The notes beneath the pieces were generated by a model. That model saw only the letters and a list, made by a program, of their open reading frames with translations, made no database searches and was not told where the DNA came from. Below, in pieces: positions 1 to 14,133 of a DNA stretch of 64,000 nucleotides. The first letter of the stretch is position 1; each line of letters opens with the position of its first letter. The position numbers were made by a program, and so were the translations under genes. The stretch is from Mobula hypostoma. Lineage: Eukaryota. Location of the stretch: the NCBI RefSeq assembly GCF_963921235.1, contig NC_086108.1, positions 7,254,001 to 7,318,000 on the forward strand, read 5' to 3'.

Positions 1-359
1 ATCATTAAGGGCCTCTGCCACCCAGAACATGCCCACTTCTCATTGCTACCATCAGGGAGGAAGTACAGAAGTCTGAAGACACACACTCAATGATTCAGGA
101 ACAGCTTTTTCCCCACCGTCATCCGATTTCTGCATGGACACTGAACCCATAAACACAACCTCAATATTTTTGCATTACTTATTTAATCTTCAATTTCTAT
201 TTCTTATTGTAAGAAATGTTGTGCCCACCCTTAAACTCTGCATCCCATATAACTCCCCACCTTAAATTCCTCCATATACCTGTCTAGTACATGTATATAT
301 ATATAGTATATGTGAGTATTGTATAGTACAGGCGCTACAAAACAGATTACACAACGTAT

Positions 360-575
360 GCCTGGAATGTACTGCCTGGTATGTTGGTAGGGGCAAATGC
401 ATTAGAGGCTTTTAAAAGAAGTTTGGATAGACACATGGATGTAAGGAAGATGGAGGGATATGGACCTTGTGTAGGTAGAAGAGATTAGTGTTTGTGTGTT
501 TTTGATTTGCTTCTTAGCTGGTTCGGCACAACACTGAGGGCCAAATGGCCTGTTCCTGTGATGTACTCTTCTATG
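360..575 (+). mobile_element. CR1 3' end fragment
   Basis: Same 3' UTR as the 15110 and 49200 copies, ending ttctatgt. Confidence 0.7.
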
Positions 576-696
576 TATGTATGCCTGTGATATTAAATAC
601 GATTCTGATTTGATGTCTGATTTCCTCAGCTGCTACCCAAAGCAGAAAAAAAGAATTCAGGAAACGTGAAGCAATCAATACACGAATATAGTCATA

Positions 697-1245
697 AACA
701 CAAGAGGTTCTGCAGATGCAGGAAGTTCAAAGTAACACACACAAAATGCTTAAGGAACTCAGCAGGTCAGGCAGCATCTATGGAGGAGAATCAACAGTTG
801 GTGTTTCAGGCTGACACCCTTCTTCAGGACTGGGGGGGGGAGTAGCTCGAATAAGAAAGTGGGGGGAGGGGGAGAGAGAGGACTACAGGCTGACAGGTGA
901 TGGGGAAGATGGGTGGATGAAGTAAGAATATGGGAGGTGATAGGTGGAAAAGGTAAAGGGCTGAAGAATAGGGAATCTGATAGGAGGGGACAGTGGACTA
1001 TGGGAAAAGGGAAGGGGGAGAGGAAACTAGGGGGAAGGTGATAGGGAGATCAGGTGAGGGGAAGGTGGGTGAGGGGGGATGAAGTAAGAAGCTGGCAGGT
1101 GATAGGTGAAGCTAGGCTGGTTGAGGAGGGGTAATGAAGTAAGAAGCTGGCAGGTGACAGGTGGAAGAGGTTAGGGGCTGAAGAAGGAGGAATCTGACAG
1201 GAGAGGAGAGTGGACTATGGGAGAACGGAAAGGAGAAGGGGCACC
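697..1245 (-). mobile_element. Penelope-like 3' end/pLTR fragment with internal duplications
   Basis: pLTR motif aaaatgct..aggaactcagcaggtcaggcagcatctatgg, degenerate hammerhead at 795-832, purine-rich tract. Confidence 0.7.
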
Positions 1246-2039
1246 ATTCTATTATTCTAGTTGCTTTTTTGGTTGGATCAGTTACTTGGGATTTACCTGC
1301 ATCCACCACACTGTACAAAACTGCCCTCAGATTGGCATCTCTTTTACCATTTTGAAGTCACGTTACCAAGTAATGGGCACGATTTACTGCGTCCAAGTTT
1401 CTGGACCATTTTCCAACACACAGCTTGGGGTCACTCAGAACTCACGCACCCATTGGACTCAATAACCACCCCTGCTTGTGTTTTATCTTTTTCAATTCCG
1501 GAGCAGAGTTGCAGAGAACATTCTGGGCCACTGCTCAATGCTAGTCTTAATAATCCAGTTATAATCCATGTTCAGTATGGAGCAACATCTCACAAACTGT
1601 CCACACAAGACCAGCAGATTCAGGAATGATTTCACTTCTGACACTGGAGAAAATCTCGATTGCAACCCAATTTGGAGTCTACCACATTTGAAAGGGCTTA
1701 AACTTTTCATCAATAGCATCCAGCCAATCAGAATCAGGTTTAATATGTCTTGAAATTTGCTGTCTTTGTGGCAGCAGTACATGATAATAGAGAAACATTG
1801 TGAATTACAGTAAATATATATATAAATATGTAGTGCAAAAATAGAAATAAAAAAAGTAGTGAGATAGCGTTCATAGATTCAATGTCCATTCAGAAATTGA
1901 CATTTCTGGCAGAGGGGAAGAAGCTGTTCCTTAATCATTGAGTGTGTGTCTTCAGGCTCCTGTACCTCCTCCCTGATGGTAGCAATAAGAACAAGGCATG
2001 ACCTTGGTCCAAACTGATGATATGACAGACTTGAGGGGA

Positions 2040-3230
2040 AAAGTGGCTGCAAATTAAATATTAGCATTCATTTTGAGAGGACTAGAATATTGAAGTAATG
2101 ATGTAATCATCATCGTCTTTATGTGCTGATGTGAGCGATCATGGTCTTTGATTGTGATTGATCCTGGCAAATTTTTCTACAGAAGTGGTTTGCCATTGCC
2201 TTCTTCTAGGCAGTGTCTTTACAAGATGGATGACCCCAGCCATTATTAATATTCTTCAGAGATTGTCTATTTGGAGTCAGTGGTCACATAACCAGGACTT
2301 GTGATATGCACTGTCTGCTCCTGTAATGCTGGGGCTTTAATAAGGCATTTGACAGACCACACTTGGAGCATTGTGGGCACCATATCTAAGAAAGGATGTG
2401 CTGGCATTGGAGAGGGTCCACAGAAGGTTCACGAGAATAATTTTGGGAATCAAAGGGTTAACATAAGCATTTGATGGCTGTGGGCCTGTACTCGCTTGAG
2501 TTTAAAAGAAAGGGTGGGGGAATCTCTTTGAGACCTATCAAATATTGAAAAGCCTAGATACAATGGGGCAGTCTAGGAACAGAGGGCACAGCCTCAGAAA
2601 ACAATTTAGAAGAGAGATGAGGAGGAATTTCTTTAGGCAGAGGGTGGTGAATCTGTGGAATTCATTGCCACAGATGGCTGTGAAGACTAAAATACTGGGT
2701 ATATTTAAAGCAGTGGTTGATAGGTTCTTGATTAGTAAAGGTGTCAAAGGTTGAGGAGAGAAGCAGGATAATGGGGTTGAGAGGGGTAATGAATCAGCCA
2801 AGATGGAATGGCAATGCAGATTAGATGGGCCGAATGGCCTACTTCTGCTCCTACGTTTTGTGGTATCCTGCTTGTATGATCACTATCCAGCACACTGTGG
2901 TCACCTTGTCCAGATGAAAAGCCAGAGACACTTGTCCAGTGACCATATTGACCCTTATATTTTGGGTTGGTGGGGCTACAATTAGAGGTCATGGGTTAAG
3001 AGTGAAAGGTGCAAAGTTTAAGGAGAAACATCTTCACTCAAAGGGTGGTGAGAGTGTGATGCATGCCAGCTCGATTTCAACATTTAAGCTAGGTTCAGAT
3101 AGCTACATGGATGGTAAGGGTATGGAGGGCTATGGTCCTGTTTAGGTCAATGGGAGTAGACAGTTTAAATGGTTCAGCATAGACCAGATGGACCAAAGGG
3201 CCTGTTTCTGCACTGTACTTTTCTATGACT
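2040..3230 (+). mobile_element. CR1 3' fragments (two subfamilies) with a nested RTE-type SINE piece
   Basis: RGHSLR...EMRRNFFRQRVVNLWNSLP remnant; CR1 3' UTR. Confidence 0.8.
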
Positions 3231-4812
3231 ATTTGCTTTGCAATAAAAAAAAAGCCATTCAGCCCATCAGTTCTATGCCAGCCATCAGAGCAATTCCATC
3301 AGTCCCATTCACCCCACTTGTTTTCCTAAATCTATTCTCTCCCACTTTATACTTATACTTTATGGTCGCCAAACAATTGGTACTAGAACGTACAATCATC
3401 ACAGTGATATTTGATTCTGCGCTTCCCATTCCCTGAATTACAAATATTAAATATTAAAAATAGTTAAAATTAGTAAATATTAAAAATTTAAATTATAAAT
3501 CATAAATAGAAAATAGAAAAATGGAAAGTAAGGTAGTGCAAAAAAAAACTGAGAGGCAGGTCTGGATATTTGGAGGGTACGGCCCAAATCCGGGTCAGGA
3601 TCCGTTCAGCAGTCTTATCACAGTTGGAAAGAAGCTGTTCCCAAATCTGGCCGTATGAGTCTTCAAGCTCCTGAGCCTTTTCCCGGAGAACTGCCCAACT
3701 GCCCAGATTCTCCTACCTGGGGTAACATGTCCAGTCAATCCTGTAACCAAGATTAGCTTCACATGTCACATGTCCATCAAAATATACCGTGAAATGTGCC
3801 TTTTGCATTCGACATCCAACGTAGTCCGAGCAGGTGCTGGCAGCCTGCCAGTGTTACCACACTTCTGACATAACGTGCCCACAACTCACTAACCTTAACC
3901 CATACTTCTTTGGAAAGGTGGAGGCAACTGGGGCACCTGGGGGAGACATACGTGGGCACAGGGAGAAAGTACAAATATCTTACAGACAGTGGCGGGAATT
4001 GCTATTTTGCTGCCCCCTAACCTCAACGCTCCTCCAGGAGCAGTGCAACCTTGTCCATAGGGTTTGGAGGCTGGAGAGCTACGGTGGCTGGAGCCAGGGC
4101 TTTCTTGGTAGGGTCACCCATGCCAAACAGGTCAAAGGTTAGAAGTCAGACTAAGAGTGGTCCACCGGCCCTTCAGGTTCGGGATTCCGCTCAGGGCAAA
4201 CTACACTGACTGGTTAAAAAAGGAATACTGTTATGGAAACAGCAGTGAAGATTCCTTCTACATCTGAGTGCGATGGTATGGACAGAGAGAGATGGAGGAC
4301 CAGCAGCGAACCGGGCAGTAGGTACATAACTTTTGCACTACCATACTATCCCTTTTAATATGGAAGCCCACCCGGTCCCAGAGAATACATGCACAAGGTT
4401 AGGACCCTTGAGCTACAAGGCCACAACTCTACCTGTTGTGCTATTGAGCCACCCAGCATTGGCTGAGAGAGTGAAAAAGCCATTTATAGATCCCATAAAG
4501 AGAATGAGAGTGCAGATGACATGACTGAAGACTTCTACAAGAAGTCGGAGATTTTTAGAACAAGCATATATTTAATATTCTTGTCCATTTGGTCAGAAAA
4601 TACAAAAAAGAAAGTTGTGAAAGTGAAACAGATATCAGAAACTGCAGTGGTACAAATCAGTAAGTTTCTGTGACACAATGCAATATAAAGATGCTTGCAA
4701 TCTGACGTTCCACATTTAACTACTGAGTGCATTAGTATTCAAACAGCAGACAGAGAAAATGCATTTACCATTAAGACAGAACACAGGTTATAGAAAAGCT
4801 TTAATAGAAAAA

Positions 4813-5195
4813 GTAACACACACAAAATGCTGGAGGAACTCAGCAGGCCAGGCAGCATCTATGGAAAAGAGTAAACAGTCGACATTTCTTCAGGACTGGA
4901 AAGAAAGAGGAGAAATCAGACTAAGAAGGTGGGAGGGGAGGAACAAGTACAAGGTGGCGGTGATAGGTCAAACCAGGAGAGGGGGAGGGGGGTGAGGTAA
5001 AGAGCTGGGAAGTTGATTGGTGGAAGAGATAAAAGGCAGGAGAAAGGGGAATTTGATAGGAGAGGACAGAAGACCATGGAAGAAAGGGAAGGGGGAGGAG
5101 CCCAGGGGGAGGTGATGGGCAGGCAAGGAGGTAAAGTGAGAGGGGAAATGGGGATGGAGAATGGTAAAGTAGGTGAGGGCAATTACTGGAAGTTT
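4813..5195 (-). mobile_element. Penelope-like 3' end fragment
   Basis: Same pLTR and purine-rich tract; hammerhead core partly deleted; ends at aacttccagtaa (NFQ*), which resembles the terminus of a PLE GIY-YIG ORF. Confidence 0.7.
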
Positions 5196-6524
5196 TTAGA
5201 AAAGGTACCTTTAACAAAAGGCCCAGAGTTTCCCTTATGACCTCTGCCACCACTGTGGTCTACGGCAGTGAAGAATTCTTTTAAAAAAAAGTTGCCACAC
5301 AGATCCTTTGAGCATACAAATAACAGCAATAATAAACCTAGCAACTGGAATGTTTGACAAGGTCTTTTTAACAGTCACAAATACTTATAAAGTTCATGAA
5401 CCTTGAACATTTTAATTCAAATGTGCATAATAGATTTGACCCAGAGCACCTGATCCCCTCTCCCAATACTGTAATGCATTCTCTGATTAAAAGTTTATCA
5501 AAAAACATATCCAAACTCTCATAAACAGGGCATAGATGGATGCTGGTAAGATTATGACAAAGTGCTGATCATACATCAATCACTTTAAGTCTACAAGGTG
5601 ATTAATAATCCTACAATCTCTGACCCCCTATCATCAGCCAGGAAGGACCATAGCATCAGGACTGTTGGGATGGGAACGAGCTTCGTCCCCAAGCCACAAG
5701 ACTGACTCCCTGTTACCATCCAGGTCTCATCAGGTATGAAACACCAGTAGAGTTACACTTCTCACTCTTTTAACTTCTGTCATAAATATACCTTATTATT
5801 TGTTAATTTATTTGTAGTAATATTACTTTACATGTTGTGTGTCTGAGTTACATGTACTGAGTTATGTGCTTTGGTCCGGACAAACATATGTATTGTACGA
5901 ATTATATGTACTGTGTTGTGTACTTTCCTCCAAGAGGACCATAACGTTGTTGTAGGGTTTGGGGGTTTGTGTGCCTCAATGACCTGGAGAGCTATGCTGG
6001 CTGGAGTCAGGGCTTCATGTTTTGACTCTTGATAGGTCAAAGGGTAGAGGCCAGACTAAGAGTGGTCCATCAGTCCTCCAGGTTCGGGGGTTCAGCTCAG
6101 GACTAACAACCCTGACTGGTCAAACAAAACTGTTACGGAAACAGCAATGAAGAATCCTTCTCCATCTGAGTGTGACGGTACAGACAGAGATGGAGGATCT
6201 TCATTGCTGCCCTAAACACCACTGGTGCAATGGGTAGTGAGTAATTAAGTTCTGCAGCTAGGTCAGGAGGAGCGTGGCTTTGTTTGACGCTTTACCTGGG
6301 TACGGTTGAATGACAATAAAGGTGAACTAGAGCTTGTTTAGTAGCAGTGTTCAGTTTTACAAAGCACTTTTCCATTTAGCAACTGGTGTCAGAAAGAACA
6401 TGCAACAGAAACTTCTGAGGGAACGGGATACAAGCTGAAAAAGCAAGCACTCGCAGGGTGTTGTCAGTGAGCTGGGAAGTGGGGCTGACACAATGAGTAC
6501 TTATTACCGGCGAGGTTTCATTTA

Positions 6525-7052
6525 GAGTATCGTGAGCAGCTATGGGCCCCTTATCTGAGATAGGATGTGCTGACGTTGGACAGGATTCAAAGGAGGTTCA
6601 CAAAAATGGTTCTGGGATTGAAAGGCCTAGCATATGAGGAACGTTTGATAGCTCTGGGCCTTTACCCACTGGAGTTTAGAAGAATGAGGAGGGATCTCAC
6701 TGTATGTTGAAAGGCCTCAATAAAGTGGACATGAGGAGGATGTTTCCTATGGTGGGGAGGATTCTAGGACCAGAGGGCACTGCCTCAGAATAGAGGGATG
6801 CCCATTTAGAGTGGAGATGAGGAGGAGTTTCTTTCACTAGAATCTGTGGAATTCGTTGTCATAGGTGGCTGTGAAGGCCATGTCATTGGGTATATTTAAG
6901 GGGAGGTTGACAGGTCCTTGATTAGTCAGGGTGTGAAGGGTTACAAGGAGAAGGCAGGAAAACGTCTGCAGTTGAGAGGGAAATGGGTCATCTGTGATGA
7001 AATGGCAGAGTAGACTCATTGGGCAAATAGCCTAATTCTGCTCCATGGTCTT
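6525..7052 (+). mobile_element. CR1 3' fragment
   Basis: Similar to the other CR1 copies in the window. Confidence 0.8.
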
Positions 7053-7295
7053 ATTCAAAACTACACCAATCCTCTCTCACTCTACCAGTTCCCACCAGAA
7101 TCGGTTCTCCAATTCTGTCAGGGTAGTATTTTGGGAACACTATCGAATAAATATGATACAATGATTGAAAAGGAGGAGGACAGGTCCATGATTTGTACTC
7201 CAAGCAGAGGGAGAATGTCTAGGCTGGTCAGTTCTGGAAAAAGGAGAGGCGATGTCAGTACCAGTGAGCTTTGAAAATCGTAGAACCCACAGTAA

Positions 7296-9200
7296 CCACA
7301 TGACCAGAAGACAAAGGAGCAGAATTAGACCATCTGGCCCATTGAATCTCCTCTGCCATTTCATCTTGGCTGATTTATTTTCCATCATCCCCATTCTCCT
7401 GCCTTCTCCCTGCTACTTTTGACACCCTTACTAATCAAGAACCTATCAAACCCCGCTTTAAATATACCCAACGACTTGGCCTCCACAGTCATCCATGGCA
7501 ATGAATTGCACAGATTCACCACCCTCTGGCTACAGAAATTCTTCCTAATCTCTGTTCTAAAGGAACGTCCTTCTAGCCTGAAGTTGTGCCCTCTGGTCTG
7601 GGACTCCCCCACCATTGGAATAATCCTTTCCACATCCACTCTATCTAGGCCTTTCAATATTCAACAGTTTCCAATGTGATTTCCCCTCATCCTCCTGAAC
7701 CCCAGCAAGTACAAACCCAGAGTCAGCAAGCACTACTCATACATTAACCCTTTCATTCCTGGGATCATTCTCCTGAGCCTCCTCTGGACCCTCACCAATG
7801 TCAGCACATCTTTTCTTACATAAGAGGCCCAAAACTGCTCAGAATACTCCAAGTGAGGCCTCACTGGTGCTTTCTAAGGCCTCAGCATTACATCCTTGCA
7901 TTTATATTCTAGTCCTCTCGAAATGAATGTTGACATCACATTTACCTTCCTCACCACAGACTCAACCTGTAAACTAACCTTTCGGAAATCCTGCACGAGG
8001 ACTCCCAAGTCCCTTTGCACCTCTGAATACTGAATTTTCTCCCTACTTAGAAACAATCTACACTTTTATTTCCTCTACCGAAGCGCATGACATACACTTC
8101 CTGACAGCATATTCCATCTGCCATTTCTTTGCCCATTCTCCTAATCTGTCCAATCAGTCAATCCTCTATCCATGCTAGTATCTTTCCTGTAACACCATTG
8201 AGCTCTTGTTAATCAGTCTCATGTGCCATACCTTGTCAAAGACCTTCTGAAAATCCAAGTACACAACATCCACCAATTCTCCTTTGTCTATCCTACTTGT
8301 TATTTCTTCAAAGAATTCCAACAGATTTGTCAGACAAGATTTTCCCTTAAGGAAACCATGCTGACTTCGGCCTATCTTATCACGTGCCTTCAAGTTTCCC
8401 GAAACCGCATCTTTAACAATCCACTCCAATGTTTTCCTAACCACTGAGGTCAGACTAACTGGCCTATAATTACTTTTCTTTTGCCTTTCCCCCCCTCTTG
8501 AAGAGTGGAGTGACATTTACAATTTTCCAGTCCTCCGGAACCATGCCAGAATCCAATGATCCTTGAAAGATCATTACTAATGCCTCTGCAATCTCTTCAG
8601 CCACCTCTTTCAGAATCCTGGGGTGTACATTATCTGGTGCAGGTGACTTATCTACCTTCAGACCTTTCCATTTCCCAAGCATCTTCTCCTCAGTAATGGC
8701 CTCCGACACTCTCGAACTTCCAGCATACTGATAGTGTCTTCCACAGTTTAGATTGATGCAAAATACTTATTCAGTTTGTCTGCCATTCCCTTGTCAACAA
8801 TTACTATCTGTTCAGTGTAATTTTGCAGTGGTCCAGCATCCACTCTCACCTCTCTTTTACCCTTTATGTATTTGAAAAAACTTTTGGCTTCTTTGATATT
8901 ATTGGCTAGCTTACCTTCATATTTCATCTTTTTCCTCCTTACCATTTTTTTTGGTGCCTTCTGTTAGTTTTTAAACATTTCCCAATCCTCTAATTTCCCA
9001 CTAATTTTTGCACTATTATATGCCTTCTCTTTTGCTTTTATGGTGGCTTGGACTTTCCTTGTCTGCCACGGTTGCTTCATCCTCACATTGGATAATATTT
9101 TAGATAATATTTGTTCATCAACTAACACCATCTTAAAAACTATCTGCTCCTTTAATTTACTTCTTATTATGTAATCTGGTTTTCCCATTTCAGAAACCAC
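7296..9200 (-). mobile_element. Degenerate CR1 ORF2 fragment
   Basis: NYRPVSLTSVV, QHGFLKGKSCLTNLLEFFE, YLDFQK remnants across several frames. Confidence 0.9.
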
Positions 9201-9454
9201 CAGGGCTATGTGGGAGGAAAGGGTTAGATTGATCCTAGAGTAGGTTAAAAGGTCAGCACAACTTTGTGGGCCAAGGACCTGAACTGTACAGTAACATTCT
9301 GTTCCAAAAAGCCTGATTATACTTTAGTCAAAAGATTCAAAATTGATTCATTGGTTATGGATGCCTTACGAAAGTTCTATAAAGGATGTGAAAGTCACTA
9401 GTGAAATGCAAATGTGGTGTTTCACATTGGAACAAAAAGGGTTCAAGGGAAGTA

Positions 9455-9765
9455 GTGGTATTTCAGAATTCAAAGGAGTTAGGGCATTCTACAATTCAAC
9501 GGAATTAGGAGTATTCTAGAATTCAGAGTCACGGGTGTTCTAGGAGTCGACGGAGTTTATGGGCTATCTAGAATTCAATAGGGTCATGTGTATTCTAGAA
9601 TTCAACAGAGTTGTGGGCATTCTAGCACTCAGCAGGGCCGTGTGCATTCTAGAATTTAACACAGACACGGGTATTCTAGAGTTCAACTGGGTTATGTGTA
9701 TTTTAGAATTCAACAGAGTTATGGATATTCTAGAACTCCATGGAGGTTGGGGTATTCTAGGATAC
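9455..9765. repeat. Degenerate 27-bp minisatellite (~11 copies)
   Basis: Unit approximately gggtattctagaattcaacagagttat. Confidence 0.9.
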
Positions 9766-9837
9766 ATCATGGAACAAAAAACAGAGTAGAGTGTTAGGAG
9801 TGGAATGCCTCAAGCAGATATCATGTGAGCATTCAAA

Positions 9838-10125
9838 TTCATGAGATTCTGCAGATGCTGGAAATCCAGAGTAAGACGTAAGAAAACACACACACGCACA
9901 CAATGCTGGAGGAACTCAGCAGGTCAGGTAGCATCTATGGGGGGAAATGAACAGCTGATGTTTCAGACCACGACCCTTCATCAGGTCCCCTTTCCAGATT
10001 AGGGATTCCCAATCTGGGAACCACAGACCCCTTGCTTAATGGTATTGGTCCAGGCGTAAAAAAAAGTTGGGAACCCCTGCTTTAGTTGTTGCCTGACCTG
10101 CTGAGTTCCTCCAGCATTTTGTGGA
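9838..10125. mobile_element. Penelope-like pLTR with inverted segment and nested hAT-type MITE
   Basis: gctggaggaactcagcaggtcagg ... cctgacctgctgagttcctccagc inverted pair; degenerate hammerhead at ~9952-9988. Confidence 0.65.
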
Positions 10126-11524
10126 TAAATTTGGCACTAGTAGTAATGTCTGCACCATCACTGTACATTGAATTGTTCAAGCAGAATACTTAAACCATTG
10201 AAAATAGAATGCAAGCCAAAGCCGATAATTTCCTGGACATCCAAGACAATAACTGATTAAATTAAATGGCAAGTTCCAGCAATGCAGCCTCCAAGAGGAC
10301 CACAATCTTATCCTGGCTTGGAGGCTTGCGTGCCTCAATAACCTGGAGAGCTCTGTTGTCTGGAGTTGGGGCTTTGTGCTTTGGCTCTTGCTAGGGTCAA
10401 CCCATGCCCAAAAGGTCAAAGGGTAGAGGCTAGACTAAGAGCAGTCCACCTGTCCTCTGGGTTCGGGGGGCTGGGGTTCAGCTCAGGATTGACAACCCTG
10501 ATTAGTAAAATTGTTATGGAAATACCAATGGAGAATCTTTCTACATCTGACTGTGACGGTATTCCTGAGTCTCCACCCGGGATTTGTACAACTGACAGCA
10601 GTGTGAGTTAATGACACAACGAAGTCACCGCCAGAGATTGAGCACCTTCATTGCTGCCCTAAATGGCAGCGGCATAACGGGCAGTAGAAAGACCAGCAAT
10701 GCAGCAAACCAACAGCACAAGAGAACAAAAAAAAATCCGACATAACCAAGCCCAACCACACAGCGGGTATGAAGACACACCCCATTTATTTACCATCTCA
10801 GTTTTCTCTCCAACCTGGGAAATGGACTTATGGCTCTTCCACTTTCAATCCCAATATTCCCTGGGGCTTAGAAGCAAGAGAGGCCACCTCATCAAGACTA
10901 ACAGGTTCTGAGAAGGACTGACAGCACAGATGATGCTGCCCAAAGTCTAGAACCACTGAGTCTTGGGGTGAAAGGATCATCTTAAAGAGAATTTCACCAA
11001 ACTGAGAAAGTTACAAGTCTACAACTTTCTCCCTCCAAGGGCTGTGGACGTGGTTTTCCAGAATATTCCCTCTGGGATTGAGCAGGATGATAGAATGGCA
11101 AAGTAGACTTGACGGGCTGAATGGCTTTTCTGTCTTATGCTCTCATATTTTAGTTCAAGATTCAGCATGGCAACAGTCCCCGCACCGCCCAATTACACCC
11201 GTGATCAATTAACCTACTAATCTGCATATCTTAGGACTGTGGGAGGAAACTGGGGCACCCAGAGGAAACCCACATGGTCACGGGAATAATTACAAACTCC
11301 TTATAGAGAGCAGCAGAATTGAACACAGATCACTAGCACTGTATTAGCAATAAACTGACCAGGTTGCCCCGGATGGAATCAATACACTCTTGCACGTCGG
11401 TCATCAGGCTAGGATGTAGACACGATGTGGCCTTGAAAGGCCTCGTGCAGCTCCAACCTATTCCATTTTAAACGACTGACTTCAGGGCCCATGTTTGGTG
11501 TTTTACAGAATCCCAGACGGTGGC

Positions 11525-11526
<2 letters not shown>

Positions 11527-11590
<64 letters not shown>

Positions 11591-11599
11591 CTCACACAG
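11527..11599. repeat. (CA)n microsatellite
   Basis: Read directly. Confidence 0.98.
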
Positions 11600-11629
11600 A
11601 CTAAGGACATGGAAAGGTAAAGGGAAGTT

Positions 11630-11850
11630 GGCACCACGGCGTAGCGATTAGTGCCAGTGAACCCAGGTTGCTGCCTGTAAGGAGTTTGTACGTTCTTCCT
11701 GCGACCGGGTGGGTTTCCTCCGGGTGCTCCGGTTTCCTCCCACATTCTGAAGATGTCCGGGTTAGTAGGTTAATTGGTCATGTGGATGTAATCGGGTGCT
11801 GCAGGCTCATTGGAAGGGCCTGTTACTCTGTTGTATCCCCAAGTAAAAAT
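11630..11850 (+). mobile_element. V-SINE (HE1-like); further copies at ~3870, 11170, 13270, 16195, 24250, 32300, 33630, 35465, 40125, 44060, 46638, 60025
   Basis: V-domain gtgggtttcctccgggtgctccggtttcctcccaca. Confidence 0.8.
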
Positions 11851-12336
11851 AAAGCAATGCTTCAAATCCACGTGTGCTTTTCTATGTCAATAACTAAAAG
11901 GAATCTACATTGTTGGTCAAATGGTAATGTCTACTTTAAAAAAAGTCAGATATCTGGTGCCCAGATGATATACACAAGATTTTCAGATGGTGTGCTGAGC
12001 TTTGAGGGTTTGTGGAGAAATCCTGTGTCTCAGTAGAGTATTCCACTCTCCAGTTAGAGAGAGCAGCAGAAAAGCCAGAAATCTCAGAGCCACGTGCGTT
12101 CAGTGAGACAGGGAGAGCAGAGAGACAGAAGAATCAGGAGCAGTTCGGACTAACAGTCATGGATTTTGTCACAGAGTCTTGTGCCTCACGCAGCAGAGAC
12201 CAACATCGGCAACTTTGCACCAAACAGCCGTTAACGCCTGCTTTTTGTTGGGTTTGATGTTAGACATGCTGCCTTGATTGGTTAAGCAAGGATTTTTTTT
12301 TTTTTTTTGGAGTTAGTCAGGCTCAAGAGAGAGAGC

Positions 12337-12464
12337 TTAGCCCAGAGAGAGGGGAGTCTTACGAAAGCAAACCGTCTCAAAGCTGGTGATGCAAACTGCA
12401 CCTGAGATAGGCTCATTTCCTTCCACACAGTCCGTCCTCTGCGACGTGTCGCTGGTAGCTTCGC
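12337..12464 (-). CDS. CCDC9: Probable last coding exon H of CCDC9, (G)EATSDTSQRTDCVEGNEPISGAVCITSFETVCFRKTPLSLG*
   Basis: Branch-point-like actaac, pyrimidine tract and gaag|GC acceptor in phase 1. SFETV resembles the FESV end of mammalian CCDC9 as recalled. Possible internal donors at 12372 (gtttgc) and 12362 (gtaaga), so the true end is uncertain. Confidence 0.6.
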
Positions 12465-13626
12465 CTTCAGAGAGCGGAAAAGAAAAGTTAGTGTGCACTC
12501 TAGAAACATTAGTGTTTAACAAAAGCAGACAACCAATGGCCCAGAAATTATTATACATCCAAAATGTCAACATGCAATTACATTTTCAGCCAAACATCTG
12601 TAGTAACACATCTGCTAAAGCAGAGCATAGAAATGATCTTGGATTGATCGTAGAGTAGGTTAAAAAGTCGGCACATCATGGGCCAAAGGTTCTGTACTGT
12701 GCTGTTCTATGAATGCTGTGGAAATAAATCTGTAACCCTGAAGTCTTTATGAATTTATAACTTTTGCATGAGGTAATGTGACAAAATGGAACCTGTGTGA
12801 TTCCAGAGTGCTTTGCTGGTTTGCTGATTTGGGTGGATGGCAAGCTTGCAAGGGTATGTTATTTATAGCAGGGAGTGTTTTGACATTACATGATTGAAAG
12901 CAGAGAAAAATATGACACAGCTGTTGGACAGGAGAAGCCTCAAAGACAAATGGGCTCATTAAAGACAAATGTGAGATAAGACAGGAATGCTATTAAGGGA
13001 TGGAACCACCTCAAAGACATGAAGTTGATGAATTACTGGACTCTGCAAACATATAAAAGTTAACTGTTTTGAGCTGTAAGATTGAAGCTACCTACCGATG
13101 ACTTAACATACAGAGATAGTCTTCCCTTGCAAGTAATAAACTCGCATATAATTTGAACCACTCTGAGTTTGTTGTAGTCTGTTACTGTATATTCAGAATA
13201 CCTACCTGAACGGGGAACAACCCCAATGTACAGGAGGAGATTGGGAGAAGAATCAAGCCCTTGGAGACTATATTTATTTATTGCGATACAGTGTGCAATA
13301 GACCCATCCGGCCTTCTAGCCGTGTGCCCAGCAATCCCGATTTAACCCTAGCCTAATCACTGAACAATTTTCAATGAACCGATTAATCTACCAACTGGCA
13401 CATCGTTGGACTGAGAGGGAGAACTGGAGCACCCAGAGTCATGGGGAGAGCATACAAACTTCTTACAGGCAGCATTGCAGAATTGAACTCGAGTCGCTAG
13501 TACTGTAAAGTGCTGTGCTAACCACTACGTTACCATGCCAACCAAGAGGGTACCGTGCCTGCGGACAGGGTAGCGGGATAATGAGCAGGGCTCCTCAGTA
13601 GACAAAGGAAACTGTTTTAATTTCTA

Positions 13627-14133
13627 TTCAGTGGCCACTTTATTAGGTATACTAACCAGCCAATCATCTGGCAGCAACTCAATGGCTAAAAGTAGGCAAA
13701 CGTGGTCAAGAGGTTCAGTTGTTGTTCAGACCAAACATCAGAATGGGGAAGAAATGTGATCTCAGTGACTTTGACTGTGGAATGATTGTGGGTGTCAGAT
13801 GGGGTGGTTTGAGTATCTCAGAAACTGCTAATCTCCTGGGTTTTCCACGCACAACAGTCTCTAGAGTTTACAGAGAATGGTGTGAAAAACAAAAAACACT
13901 CAGTGAGCAGCAGCTCAGTGGGTGAAAAAACCTTGCTAATAAGAGAGGTCAGAGGAGAATGGCCAGACTGCTTCAAGCTGACAAGGCAGTGACAGTAACT
14001 CAAATAGCTACGTTCTACAACAGTAGTGTGCAGGAGAGCATCTCTAAATGCACACCACATCGAACCTTAAAGTGGATGGACTTTAAGATCATACTGGTTA
14101 CACTCCTGTACCTAATAAAGTGGCCACTGAGTG
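13627..14133 (+). mobile_element. Internally deleted Tc1-like element
   Basis: TIRs cagtggccactttattagg / cctaataaagtggccactgagtg|ta; N-terminal HTH MGKKCDLSDFDCGMIVG...TVSRVYREW. Confidence 0.88.

Noticed and set aside
9559..9789. Repeat protein LEFNRVMCI
   Set aside because: Translation of a 27-bp minisatellite, with no splice or homology support.
12012..12257. Plus-strand gene (81-aa ORF)
   Set aside because: No true ATG start, splice support or recognisable homology; more likely the antisense of CCDC9 3' UTR or intron.
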